Below, piece by piece: positions 1 to 7,834 of a stretch of 59,460 nucleotides of DNA. Each line of letters begins with the position of its first letter. The first letter of the stretch is position 1. Made by a program: the position numbers and the translations under genes. This DNA is from a virus. Taxonomy: Duplodnaviria; Caudoviricetes. Location: the IMG/VR virus record IMGVR_UViG_3300043431_000434, positions 1 through 59,460 of that record; one strand, given 5' to 3'. The notes beneath the pieces are model-generated. The model did no database searches, was not told where the DNA came from, and saw only the letters and a list, made by a program, of their open reading frames with translations.

Positions 1-39
1 TTCCTGTTCCTGTTCCTGTTCCTGTTCCTGTTCCTGTTC
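1..39. repeat. (TTCCTG)n hexamer microsatellite encoding the EQEQEQ linker of the initiator
   Basis: Tandem TTCCTG seen directly; it extends to the left at 59328-59333. Confidence 0.9.
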
Positions 40-432
40 TAGTTCTAAAGGGAAAATTTCTGAATTTCCGGGAATTTCCGGGAAATTGTTATTCTCAGGA
101 GGGGGTGGTAGTTTTGATTTGGTACGTTTATGTAGTCCAGATTGATGCTCTTCCCAACCTGGGAATTGAATAAATATTTCACTATTTACACTATATCTTT
201 CAATTAGTTGTGAGTTTGATATTTCAACCAAACACGCCTCTACAACGTCTTTAGTAAAGTCATCACGCATGGGAACTACAATGGCTTTTATCTTCCTTGC
301 TGAACCGTGCATACGACCAAAATCATCCGCATGTGGAATCATCCACGTAAAAAGCAACGCAGCATGTATAGATAAGTCGTTTACTTGTTCGCTAAAACTA
401 ATTTGAGTTTTTAGGATTCTCCCGGAAGCCAT
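1..432 (-). CDS. Phage replication initiator (lambda O/DnaD-like), N-terminal part; continues across the join to 58932 (277 aa in total)
   Basis: ATG at 432 with GGAG RBS. Reads MASGRILKTQISFSEQVNDLSIHAALLFTWMIPHADDFGR..., then an (EQ)n linker and internal iteron-like repeats. It lies immediately upstream of a loader-like gene. Not in the ORF track because the window edge splits it. Confidence 0.8.
   Translation of the reverse strand, partial: MASGRILKTQISFSEQVNDLSIHAALLFTWMIPHADDFGRMHGSARKIKAIVVPMRDDFTKDVVEACLVEISNSQLIERYSVNSEIFIQFPGWEEHQSGLHKRTKSKLPPPPENNNFPEIPGNSEIFPLELEQEQEQEQEQEQE
62..85. promoter_or_regulatory. Iteron-like 10-bp periodic repeat (GAATTTCCGG)2-GAAA; probable replication origin inside the initiator gene
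   Basis: An identical 24-mer occurs at 466-489. Lambdoid origins lie within the initiator gene. Confidence 0.6.
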
Positions 433-508
433 ATTTATTCTCCAGACCTTTCCGTGAGTGAAATGGAATTTCCGGGAATTTCCGGGAAAAGTTTCAAGGC
501 TCTCGTTA

Positions 509-706
509 TCATGACTTAACCCCTTTATCTTTCTGATTAGTCGCCCGAATGATTTGATGCCGAGACCGCTGTTTTTCTAATCGGCACTCATAACATGATC
601 CATCCACTGCATCGCGTTTTGCGACATGGCCGCGCAAACAAGTTCGACCGGTAAAATAAAAAGGCTCATTCGCGGCAATCGCTTCGCGTCGGGTCGCTTT
701 CAACAC
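509..706 (-). CDS. Small Cys/His (putative Zn-binding) phage protein
   Basis: YFTGRTCLRGH...CYEC motif; co-oriented and overlapping with neighbours. Confidence 0.55.
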   Translation of the reverse strand: MLKATRREAIAANEPFYFTGRTCLRGHVAKRDAVDGSCYECRLEKQRSRHQIIRATNQKDKGVKS

Positions 707-1122
707 TCAGCCCTCAAATAGTTTTCAATGGTTTCGCGGGCACTATCCCAGCCCATACAGACCACAAATAAAAAGCCTTGGTGGGTGACAAACTCGCCGA
801 ATTCAAGCTGCTCAATACTCGGTCTGCCGCCTTGGCGTTTAAGCTCGATATACAGCCCAGAGAACGCACCGCGCTTAACCGGTAGGCAGAGATCAGCCAC
901 GCCCTTTTTTAAGCCTTGCCGCTTCATTTTTGCGCCACGTTTCGCATTCTCAAGTTGCGTACCCCCATAAGCAACGCCTTGGTTGCTGGCATACAGCCAT
1001 TTCAATTCGGGGAATAGTTTTTGATTCAGGTTAGCCCACTGAATTAAAATTTCTTGATGGCGGTCTTCCTTTAAGCCATCAATCCAATCCACATTGGGCG
1101 CGGTTTTGCGTTTAATGGCCAT
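700..1122 (-). CDS. VRR-NUC domain nuclease (putative Holliday-junction resolvase)
   Basis: G-LKKGVADL...GLYIELKR-GGRPS-EQ-EF PD-(D/E)xK motif; likely start at MAIKRK (1122). Confidence 0.85.
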   Translation of the reverse strand: MAIKRKTAPNVDWIDGLKEDRHQEILIQWANLNQKLFPELKWLYASNQGVAYGGTQLENAKRGAKMKRQGLKKGVADLCLPVKRGAFSGLYIELKRQGGRPSIEQLEFGEFVTHQGFLFVVCMGWDSARETIENYLRAEC

Positions 1123-1360
1123 GTGACTTCCTGGCAAACCGCTGACAATTACGCGGGGCTTTCGGCCAGCACAACTTGCCACCCAGCACTTTAAACGCGT
1201 TATTAAGCGCACTCGGTGACATCCGCTTGCCTTGCACTTTAAATTTTTGCTCCCAGTCAACTAAGAAGCCACACCGACCTAATGCGTACGTAGCGCACGG
1301 TGGTTTGCAGGGGATAAAATACAGGCAGTCAAGGCAGATCAAGTCACACTCCAACCGCAT
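1112..1360 (-). CDS. Hypothetical Cys-rich phage protein
   Basis: Fills the operon with overlapping start/stop codons. Confidence 0.45.
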   Translation of the reverse strand: MRLECDLICLDCLYFIPCKPPCATYALGRCGFLVDWEQKFKVQGKRMSPSALNNAFKVLGGKLCWPKAPRNCQRFARKSHGH

Positions 1361-1719
1361 TTTTCACACTTCATGCAGCCGTCTTTCATCAGCTTGCCGG
1401 GGCCACCCGGTGACACTGTGCAAACCTCGGTACACCCAATAAAATCAGGCATTCCGGTTAACGTTTGTTTTAAGTAGTCGCCTGGGCGCATGGAACCGCC
1501 GCATTTTTTGCACCGCTCGTCTGGATAAGGTTTGGCGTTGAGATTGGCTAAAATCGCCTGAATACCATCGGGATTGGTGGCGGGGATCGTTAATAACGCC
1601 AGTTCGACATAGCCTTTGACTTGACCATACAAACCCTTATCTAAATCAGCTTTAGCCAGGTGGAGTAAGGCAAGGGCATAATCGGTGGGGGAAAGTTTGG
1701 GCGAGTTGGTTTGCATCAC
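1339..1719 (-). CDS. Hypothetical protein with C-terminal Zn ribbon (CKKC...CEKC)
   Basis: Two CxxC pairs; ATGA-type coupling to the upstream gene. Confidence 0.6.
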   Translation of the reverse strand: MMQTNSPKLSPTDYALALLHLAKADLDKGLYGQVKGYVELALLTIPATNPDGIQAILANLNAKPYPDERCKKCGGSMRPGDYLKQTLTGMPDFIGCTEVCTVSPGGPGKLMKDGCMKCEKCGWSVT

Positions 1720-2198
1720 TCACACCCCCGCCCAATAAGGCCGCGATCCTGATCATCGACAAACTCTTGCCAGGGTACCCATTTTTGATAACCCAACGAG
1801 TCCACACAATTGAACCCCCAGTTTCGGTAACGCGGCCCGGTGATAAACAACGTCCAGCACACCCCAAACCGCAATTCAATCCGATGGGCAAATTTGCCGC
1901 TCGACCTAAATTTAACCTGGCCTTCCAGTAACAACTCCTGATCGTGGGCCGTATGCTCGACATAACAGCCGTCCAGGATGATAGACAGGTTGACAAAGGG
2001 ATGGTCATGCAATGCCCGGTCATCATCACTGCGTAGAAAATTGTGAAAATAGATGTTGAATAACCGATTACGCGGAATAACATGCCACCGATGCAAATAC
2101 GGCCTATCTGTGCCGCCCACAATAAAATCCGGCGGGCGTTGTAATGCGGTTTTTTTGATTAGAAACCGGAATAGCGTGCGGTGAAAGGGCAGTTTCAT
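1716..2198 (-). CDS. Conserved phage protein, cupin-like fold
   Basis: PYLHRW...HNFLRSDDDRALHDHPF...HRIEL...WTLFITGP motif seen in many phages. Confidence 0.7.
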   Translation of the reverse strand: MKLPFHRTLFRFLIKKTALQRPPDFIVGGTDRPYLHRWHVIPRNRLFNIYFHNFLRSDDDRALHDHPFVNLSIILDGCYVEHTAHDQELLLEGQVKFRSSGKFAHRIELRFGVCWTLFITGPRYRNWGFNCVDSLGYQKWVPWQEFVDDQDRGLIGRGCE

Positions 2199-2207
2199 CG
2201 GTAAGCA

Positions 2208-3041
2208 TTACTCTTGATAGCGTATCGTGCCGCAATAAAACCGGGTGTCTTCTGCAGTAATAGCCTCTTCCAACATGGCTTTAAAGAGCATAGCAATATC
2301 ATTCAGCAGCGCATCAAAACCAATAATGCGATATTTCAAGCTCACAGACTTGCCGTCAGATACCGCCCGTAACCGGCACGAAACATGAAAATCCTGAAAC
2401 CCATCAAACGGGGCGCAACTAAACACCAGGCGTACAGGTGGCGTATCGCCCCGCGATTTAATTTCCAGCATATCGGTGGCGGAATAGGTTGATTGGTAAT
2501 CCTCAACCTTGCTGGTATTGTCACTTTGGGTGCTTACCGTCAAATCACGGATAGCGGCAATCGCTTTATTCAGGGGAATCTCAGTTGAGTCATCCGAGTA
2601 AAATACCAAACACTCTGCCCAATCCTCGATAAAATCAATTAAGTCTTGCTGTGATAAGGTTTTACAAGCGGTTTTGGTTAGTGCGTCAAATTCAGGGGTT
2701 TTTTTCAAAGCCAACTTAGCCCGGTGCTTACCCCACAATGGCTCATCACCATCCCCCATATCTAAAATAGCGGTCGCGGTTGATTCAAGCACATCAACAA
2801 ACACACTGGTTGCTGTTAATAGGGCGTGGGTATTAATGTAATTAGCAAACTCTTTAAACAAATGCGTGGCAAACTGCGCCCGATACAAAGCGGGGGTATC
2901 TTCAAACCGCTCCGTATCAACCAAGGTATAACCAGGGGGGCATAAAACTGGGATTTTATCTAAACAATCTAGCCGTTCGGTTGTGGCCTCAGCATTCGCT
3001 AAATCGCGGATCGCGTTAACAGTATTGTCATTAATTTCCAT
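2208..3041 (-). CDS. DUF2303 (YfdQ-like) prophage protein
   Basis: Size and motifs (P-WGKHRAKL, LSQQDLIDFIEDW); adjacent to a YfdP-like gene. Confidence 0.8.
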   Translation of the reverse strand: MEINDNTVNAIRDLANAEATTERLDCLDKIPVLCPPGYTLVDTERFEDTPALYRAQFATHLFKEFANYINTHALLTATSVFVDVLESTATAILDMGDGDEPLWGKHRAKLALKKTPEFDALTKTACKTLSQQDLIDFIEDWAECLVFYSDDSTEIPLNKAIAAIRDLTVSTQSDNTSKVEDYQSTYSATDMLEIKSRGDTPPVRLVFSCAPFDGFQDFHVSCRLRAVSDGKSVSLKYRIIGFDALLNDIAMLFKAMLEEAITAEDTRFYCGTIRYQE

Positions 3042-3402
3042 TGTTGATTGCTCTCAGTGGGGCGGCAGGGGTAGGTTTTTCAAATAAATCGGTTTGGCTT
3101 AGCGGGTACACCGACAAATCACCGTCTTTACTGACACACATGGGCGTGTTGGTCAGATTCGCTTCAGTGGCTTTACCGCGCATAGTAGGCCGCTCAAATG
3201 TCCATTGATGCTCAACATTCACCATGTCGCTATCTTCGCCCAGGCGGGTCAGGGTAAAGGACAGGTTTACTTTGCCTTTTTTGCCTTTATCGCCGTGGTT
3301 AATAACGCCTAGCGCGACCTGCTTTAACACATGATCGACTTGTTGCAAAAATACCCCGGCGTTAAATTCGCCCAAAACTTCTTCGATGGTTGGTTTGGTC
3401 AT
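3031..3402 (-). CDS. YfdP-like prophage protein
   Basis: GEFNAGVF...VALGV..HG.KGKV...P-RGK motif; GGAG RBS before ATG at 3402. Confidence 0.7.
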   Translation of the reverse strand: MTKPTIEEVLGEFNAGVFLQQVDHVLKQVALGVINHGDKGKKGKVNLSFTLTRLGEDSDMVNVEHQWTFERPTMRGKATEANLTNTPMCVSKDGDLSVYPLSQTDLFEKPTPAAPLRAINNGN

Positions 3403-3496
3403 GATTGCTCTCCATTGGGAGTGAAAGGAAAGGAGCCGCCCGCCTGAATCGCCCGACAGGCAAAAAGGCAATAAATGAACAGGACGGGCAGCATAA

Positions 3497-3685
3497 CTAT
3501 TTAGTCTCATCGCCTTTGCGGCGCGTAAATGGCACGACGACACCGGCTTGTTTGCGCCGGTCGGCGAAGGTTTGGGCGATAAACTGGGTTAAATAATCCT
3601 CAGTCGTCATGTTGAGATTACCCGACTGCCAGTTTATAAAATCCATCACATCATCCGGTAAGCGGCCTATCTTGATTTCTGGCAA
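3497..3685 (-). CDS. Small putative ribbon-helix-helix DNA-binding protein in the cII position
   Basis: AAGGAG RBS then TTG start at 3685; MPEIKIGRLPDDV resembles Arc/FitA-type N-terminal strands. Confidence 0.45.
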   Translation of the reverse strand: MPEIKIGRLPDDVMDFINWQSGNLNMTTEDYLTQFIAQTFADRRKQAGVVVPFTRRKGDETK

Positions 3686-3709
3686 ACCGCACTCCTTTAC
3701 TTGCTTTAC

Positions 3710-3736
3710 AAAAAAGTCCCGCGAGGGGTGCGGGAC
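3710..3736 (-). terminator. Rho-independent terminator after cro (tR1-like)
   Basis: GTCCCGC-7 nt-GCGGGAC stem followed by T6 on the minus strand. Confidence 0.75.
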
Positions 3737-3852
3737 AGCCGTTTCACGACAAAATAAGAATGCCCACCAGCGAGGGCGCAATGGCAACAAGGAAACCATC
3801 ACTAGCGGAAGGTGCTGGTGAGCATAGCCGGGGACGATAGCTAACCAGGCAG

Positions 3853-4065
3853 CTAATCATCATTTTTGGGTGGTACATATTCGATTTTAGGGAATACCCT
3901 TAAGATGCGGTACGTGTAGAGGGGTGGCAGGTCTTCCTTCCAACCAGCAACGGTAGCGCGGGTCAACCTCAGCAACCGCGCCAAATCCGAAGCTCGACCG
4001 CCAGCGGCCTGAATGGCATCGCATTTTTTAACAATGGGGTCTATAATTTGTACATTCGATTTCAT
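3853..4065 (-). CDS. Cro-like HTH repressor
   Basis: DAIQAAGG.ASDLARLL.LTRATVAGW HTH; divergent from cI. Confidence 0.8.
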   Translation of the reverse strand: MKSNVQIIDPIVKKCDAIQAAGGRASDLARLLRLTRATVAGWKEDLPPLYTYRILRVFPKIEYVPPKNDD

Positions 4066-4073
4066 GGCAGAAG

Positions 4074-4115
4074 ATGTTAATATCTTCTGCAAGCGTTTGT
4101 CAATATGACAATACC
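4074..4115. promoter_or_regulatory. OR-like operator/promoter region
   Basis: Minus-strand TTGACA-18-TAACAT before cro; boxes at 4075-4091 and 4098-4115 share the ATATT(G/A)ACA half-site with boxes at 5493-5591. Confidence 0.55.
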
Positions 4116-4134
4116 AAGAAACCACTAAGTTAAT

Positions 4135-4728
4135 ATGAGTTTACAACTAAGATTACGCGAACTATTTGCAGAAAACCCTGAATTAAAGCCAGGGCAAGTG
4201 GCGAAAGCGATTGGCGCGACACGCACCTCAATGGGAGACTGGTTAAGTGGCAAAACAAAATACGCCACACCGGTTCATGCGTTAAGCCTAGCGAATTTTT
4301 TTAAGGTAAATTTAACCTGGTTAACGACGGGGGAAGGGGAGAAATATGTTAAGGATAACGAAAAGATAGGTAATTTATCTCACGTAAAACCTGAAAATGT
4401 ACATAAAAATTTACACGATTTGTTAGTTGAAAATACTAACTTAACGTCTAAGCTTGCTAGTGCTAACACGCAATTATCATCTAGCAACGAGGAAACTATG
4501 TCGTTTGAATTACTGCAAAATATGTACGGCGTTGAAAGGCCTAGCGTCATCCATGCCATTAGCTTACTGTTATCACTCCGTAATGCGATGGATAAAGACA
4601 AACAAGTAGCGGATGCGATCAAAGCCCTAGCGTTAGGACTTGATAACACCCGCTATAAAATTGTAATTAATGAGGTTGCCGGTGATGTGGCCACCCAACC
4701 GCAATCAATTACCGAGAAAACGTTTTAA
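4135..4728 (+). CDS. CI-like immunity repressor (XRE HTH) without a recognisable S24 peptidase domain
   Basis: N-terminal HTH (GQVAKAIGATRTSMGDWLSGK...LANFFKVNLTWLTTGEG); divergent from cro. Confidence 0.8.
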   Translation: MSLQLRLRELFAENPELKPGQVAKAIGATRTSMGDWLSGKTKYATPVHALSLANFFKVNLTWLTTGEGEKYVKDNEKIGNLSHVKPENVHKNLHDLLVENTNLTSKLASANTQLSSSNEETMSFELLQNMYGVERPSVIHAISLLLSLRNAMDKDKQVADAIKALALGLDNTRYKIVINEVAGDVATQPQSITEKTF

Positions 4729-4732
4729 CCAA

Positions 4733-5086
4733 TCACTCACTGGTTGATTGATTTAATTTTAAAAGGATTTCGCAGGTTTTCGCCTCAGAATGCGGCGGTA
4801 GTGCCAAATCGCTTATGGGATAAACTTTCAGTACGGTTGTGTCAACATGGCTTAAATCATAATCATTTTGTAATTTAAGCCAGGTTGTCGCTGTAATTGA
4901 CTGCGCTAACCATAACTCTAGCCGTTTTGCCATTTCCGGTGAAATAGCCGCATCTCCGTTGCAAACATTGCAAAAAGACACCCTATTAACCCCCAACAAT
5001 TCAGCCGCCTTGGTCTGGGAAATCCCCAACTCAGGTAATATGTAATATTTAAGTAGTCTGCCTGGGTGCGGATAACTTTTTTTCAT
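4733..5086 (-). CDS. higA: HigA-family antitoxin (XRE HTH)
   Basis: HPG..L...LPELGISQTKAAELLGVNR...ISPEMAKRL...WLKLQNDYDL. Confidence 0.9.
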   Translation of the reverse strand: MKKSYPHPGRLLKYYILPELGISQTKAAELLGVNRVSFCNVCNGDAAISPEMAKRLELWLAQSITATTWLKLQNDYDLSHVDTTVLKVYPISDLALPPHSEAKTCEILLKLNQSTSE

Positions 5087-5375
5087 GAACGATCTCCAAT
5101 CGTAGTACTAAATCGACATTTGTTGCATTTGCCTCTTTGAATTGAAAAATAAGATAGTAACTGTCCGACACATTGACTGCCCAATAGTGTTGAAAGTTTC
5201 TGGTGACACTACAGAACCCCCAGCCTGGGATATTCATTTCCTGGGGCTTTTGCGCGTGGCTCAAAACCGCAAGCTGGTCATTCAGTCTGTCTAGCTTGCT
5301 AACACGCAGACCAAACGTAACCTTCCCAGACTGGTGGAACTCTTTTAAACCAATATGGTTGTAGGAAATAATCAT
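5049..5375 (-). CDS. higB: HigB/RelE-family toxin homologue, apparently catalytically degenerate
   Basis: MIISYNHIGLKEF..SG...YWAVNVS...IFQF matches the plasmid-killer HigB fold; lies upstream of higA. Confidence 0.8.
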   Translation of the reverse strand: MIISYNHIGLKEFHQSGKVTFGLRVSKLDRLNDQLAVLSHAQKPQEMNIPGWGFCSVTRNFQHYWAVNVSDSYYLIFQFKEANATNVDLVLRLEIVHEKKLSAPRQTT

Positions 5376-5385
5376 AGTTGGTTTA

Positions 5386-5414
5386 AATGTAGTCTATAAG
5401 ACTACAGAATTCAA
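5386..5414 (-). promoter_or_regulatory. higBA sigma70 promoter (TTGAAT-17-TACATT) overlapped by palindromic operator TGTAGTC-TATAA-GACTACA (5388-5406)
   Basis: Perfect 7-bp inverted repeat in the spacer/-10 region, the typical position for TA autoregulation. Confidence 0.7.
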
Positions 5415-5492
5415 CCTTAAAAAAGGTAATATTTCACATTTTTAAGGCACGGTTATTGCTAAGCTTATTTTTCATGCAACTGGCTGACAAAG

Positions 5493-5591
5493 TGTAAGTC
5501 ATATTTACAAAAAAGTGTAAGAAAATATTGACAACTTGGTTAATTCTATCTACGATTTGTAGTGAAAAATTAACAGGGGTGTCAATATGAC
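5493..5591 (+). promoter_or_regulatory. PL-like promoter (TTGACA 5528-5533, 17 bp, TACGAT 5551-5556) with repeated operator-like boxes
   Basis: Near-consensus sigma70 promoter; boxes at 5493-5509, 5516-5533, 5558-5575 and 5580-5591. Confidence 0.7.
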
Positions 5592-5715
5592 GATTCAGAA
5601 AAAAAATGATGTTTACGTGGCAAGCGAAGGGTTATTTACGGTAGTGAACCGTGATCGCCTGGTTGCATGGCTGCAATGCGCGGCTCTGGTCTATAACACT
5701 AGGGGCCGGCCATGA
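5587..5715 (+). CDS. 42-aa first gene of the early operon (not in ORF track)
   Basis: AGGGG RBS; MTIQKKNDVYVASEGLFTVVNRDRLVAWLQCAALVYNTRGRP; ATGA overlap with the next gene. Confidence 0.55.
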   Translation: MTIQKKNDVYVASEGLFTVVNRDRLVAWLQCAALVYNTRGRP

Positions 5716-5990
5716 CCAAATACTTCACTACCCTCTATATCGACGATGAAGAGTGCGATATTGCGGTGGATTACGTCAGTCGTAAGCTTGAGCCTGAAGA
5801 ATGCGGCGGCTCTGGAGTACCTGGCCAAACCGTTATCGAAATCGAAAACATCAGCTTTTGCCCACATCGCAAGCTTGAACAAGCCTTAGCGGCACAAATA
5901 ACCCAGGCACAAGCCAGTACGGCGTTTGACTATCAGATTGATCATTACGATTGGGAGCGTAACTATACCCAAGGGGGCATAAATGGCTAA
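5712..5990 (+). CDS. Hypothetical protein
   Basis: Coupled ORF in the early operon. Confidence 0.6.
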   Translation: MTKYFTTLYIDDEECDIAVDYVSRKLEPEECGGSGVPGQTVIEIENISFCPHRKLEQALAAQITQAQASTAFDYQIDHYDWERNYTQGGING

Positions 5991-7173
5991 CGAATTAATA
6001 ACAATAGACACGCTGCGAGTCAATACCGTACCTGCGGTTATATCCGGCAATTTTGCCGAATTAAACACCTGGCTTGATGCAACACTTAATGACAAAAAAA
6101 CCGTCGTTACGCTAGACACTTTAAGCGATGAAAAAAAGGCGTTGGCTGAGCTTCGCAAACTGGCCAAAGAAATCGACGGCAAAACCAAAGCGGTGCTTGC
6201 CTTGGTATCGGGCGACATTGAGCTATTTACCAGCAATATGAAAGCCCTCAAAGCTAAAGTCTTGGTGGTCGCTGACGACAAAGCCGCCCAGGTCAGCGAG
6301 TTTGAAAGCCAAACTAAAGCACTCTGTCTTAAGCTACTTAACGATGAGTTGGTAAAACAATGGGCACTACTTAAAGTAGATGATGAGTTTAAAAGTGGTA
6401 GCGCGGATGAGCTGGTTAAATTAACTGCCATGACTGCCACCGGTGCCTTAACCAAATCCGCCGTATCAGCGGTAAAGGACAAAGCCCAAACCGACTACCA
6501 ATTGCAAGTCAGGACTAAAACCCGCTTGATGGAGTTGGAAAACGCCTGTTTACGTGACGACATTAACCCACCGTTATCGCGATCCAGTGTCGATGCGTTC
6601 CTTTTTGCCGATGATGAGGTATACAGTGCCCGATTAGCCGCAGTGTTTGCCGATGAAAAAGCCCGTAGGATTGAAACCGAACGCCGCATGGCGGCAAAGC
6701 TGGAAGCCGACAAGCAACGCGAAATACAACAAGCGTTGGCTGATCAGCAAGCGGAAGCGAATCGAATTGCAAGGTTGGAAGCAGAAGCCGCCCAACAAGA
6801 AGCCCATCGTCTCGCTAAAATTGAAGCTGAAAAACAATGGCAAATACAGCAAGCAGAAGCCGCTCAGCAAGCGGAAGCCAATCGTCTGGCTAAACTTGAA
6901 GCGGAAGCAACTGCGGCAAAAAATGCCGCTGTTCAACCGGAGCCGGTACCAGAACCAGCCAAAACCGTACCGGAACCTGCTTTACCCAAATCTATACCGG
7001 TTGATGCGGTGACTTACACGGTTACAGCCACACTTGCCTTTGAATTCCAATCGCGCCCCAATGCCAACCGCGCCAAAATGATTGACTACTTCACCAATCA
7101 TTTCATCCAGGACGGCAAACAGGTCTTAGCGTTAACTGTAGAACTTAAAGAAGATAGCCGTCATGTTGCTTGA
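5983..7173 (+). CDS. DUF1351-like coiled-coil protein of the recombination module
   Basis: PAVISGNFAEL...KKALAELRKL N-terminus; Ala/Glu/Gln coiled coil; precedes exo/bet. Confidence 0.7.
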   Translation: MANELITIDTLRVNTVPAVISGNFAELNTWLDATLNDKKTVVTLDTLSDEKKALAELRKLAKEIDGKTKAVLALVSGDIELFTSNMKALKAKVLVVADDKAAQVSEFESQTKALCLKLLNDELVKQWALLKVDDEFKSGSADELVKLTAMTATGALTKSAVSAVKDKAQTDYQLQVRTKTRLMELENACLRDDINPPLSRSSVDAFLFADDEVYSARLAAVFADEKARRIETERRMAAKLEADKQREIQQALADQQAEANRIARLEAEAAQQEAHRLAKIEAEKQWQIQQAEAAQQAEANRLAKLEAEATAAKNAAVQPEPVPEPAKTVPEPALPKSIPVDAVTYTVTATLAFEFQSRPNANRAKMIDYFTNHFIQDGKQVLALTVELKEDSRHVA

Positions 7174-7834
7174 TTATTTGGATTTTGAACCGGAAGCCGC
7201 TGAGCCTATCGTACAAGCCCCGGCGACGTTGGCCTATACCGAAGACAAGGGCGAATTCATGGCGCGGCGAGCCGGTAAAATTACCGCGTCTAAGATTACC
7301 GACATGTTGGCGGAAGGTAAGGGATTAACCCGCGATAAGTACAAAATGCAACTCGCTATTGAACGGATCACCGGCCAGCCGGTTCGTGGTGGCTTTGAAT
7401 CCCGCGCTACTCGGCACGGCAATGCCGCCGAAAATGAAGCGATTGACCTGTATAGTTTCCAATATGACGTTGATATTGAAAAAGTAGGTTTTGTGTCTCA
7501 CCCCAACTTAGCATTTGCCGGGTGCAGTCCTGATGCCCTAGTTAATTCGGATGGCATGGCGCAAGTTAAATGTCCCGATCAACATACCCATTTAACGTAC
7601 TGGATCGAGCACCAAGTACCCCGCGAGTATGTATTGCAGCAGCAGTGGGAAATGGCGTGTACGAATCGGCTATGGTCAGATTTTGTTTGCTATGATCCTG
7701 ATCAAATCCCAAAACTTAGACTGTTGGTTATCCGCGTTATGCGCGACCAGGCAATGATTGACAAGCTAGAAGCCGCCGCCACCGTGTTTAACCACGAAAT
7801 TGAAAAACTTGTAACTTTATTGAGGACATTGTAA
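7163..7834 (+). CDS. YqaJ/lambda-exonuclease family protein
   Basis: RAGKITASKI...G..E...GCSPDALV...QVKCP...Y..Q.QW.M motifs. Confidence 0.9.
   Translation: MLLDYLDFEPEAAEPIVQAPATLAYTEDKGEFMARRAGKITASKITDMLAEGKGLTRDKYKMQLAIERITGQPVRGGFESRATRHGNAAENEAIDLYSFQYDVDIEKVGFVSHPNLAFAGCSPDALVNSDGMAQVKCPDQHTHLTYWIEHQVPREYVLQQQWEMACTNRLWSDFVCYDPDQIPKLRLLVIRVMRDQAMIDKLEAAATVFNHEIEKLVTLLRTL

Noticed and set aside
1-39. Phase-variable microsatellite switch
   Set aside because: The hexamer unit keeps the frame, and EQ/KE-type linkers are common in phage initiators.
5443-5450. TAAGGCAC, an inverted partial match to the integrase arm repeat, in the immunity region
   Set aside because: A single 8-bp match is expected by chance in 59 kb.
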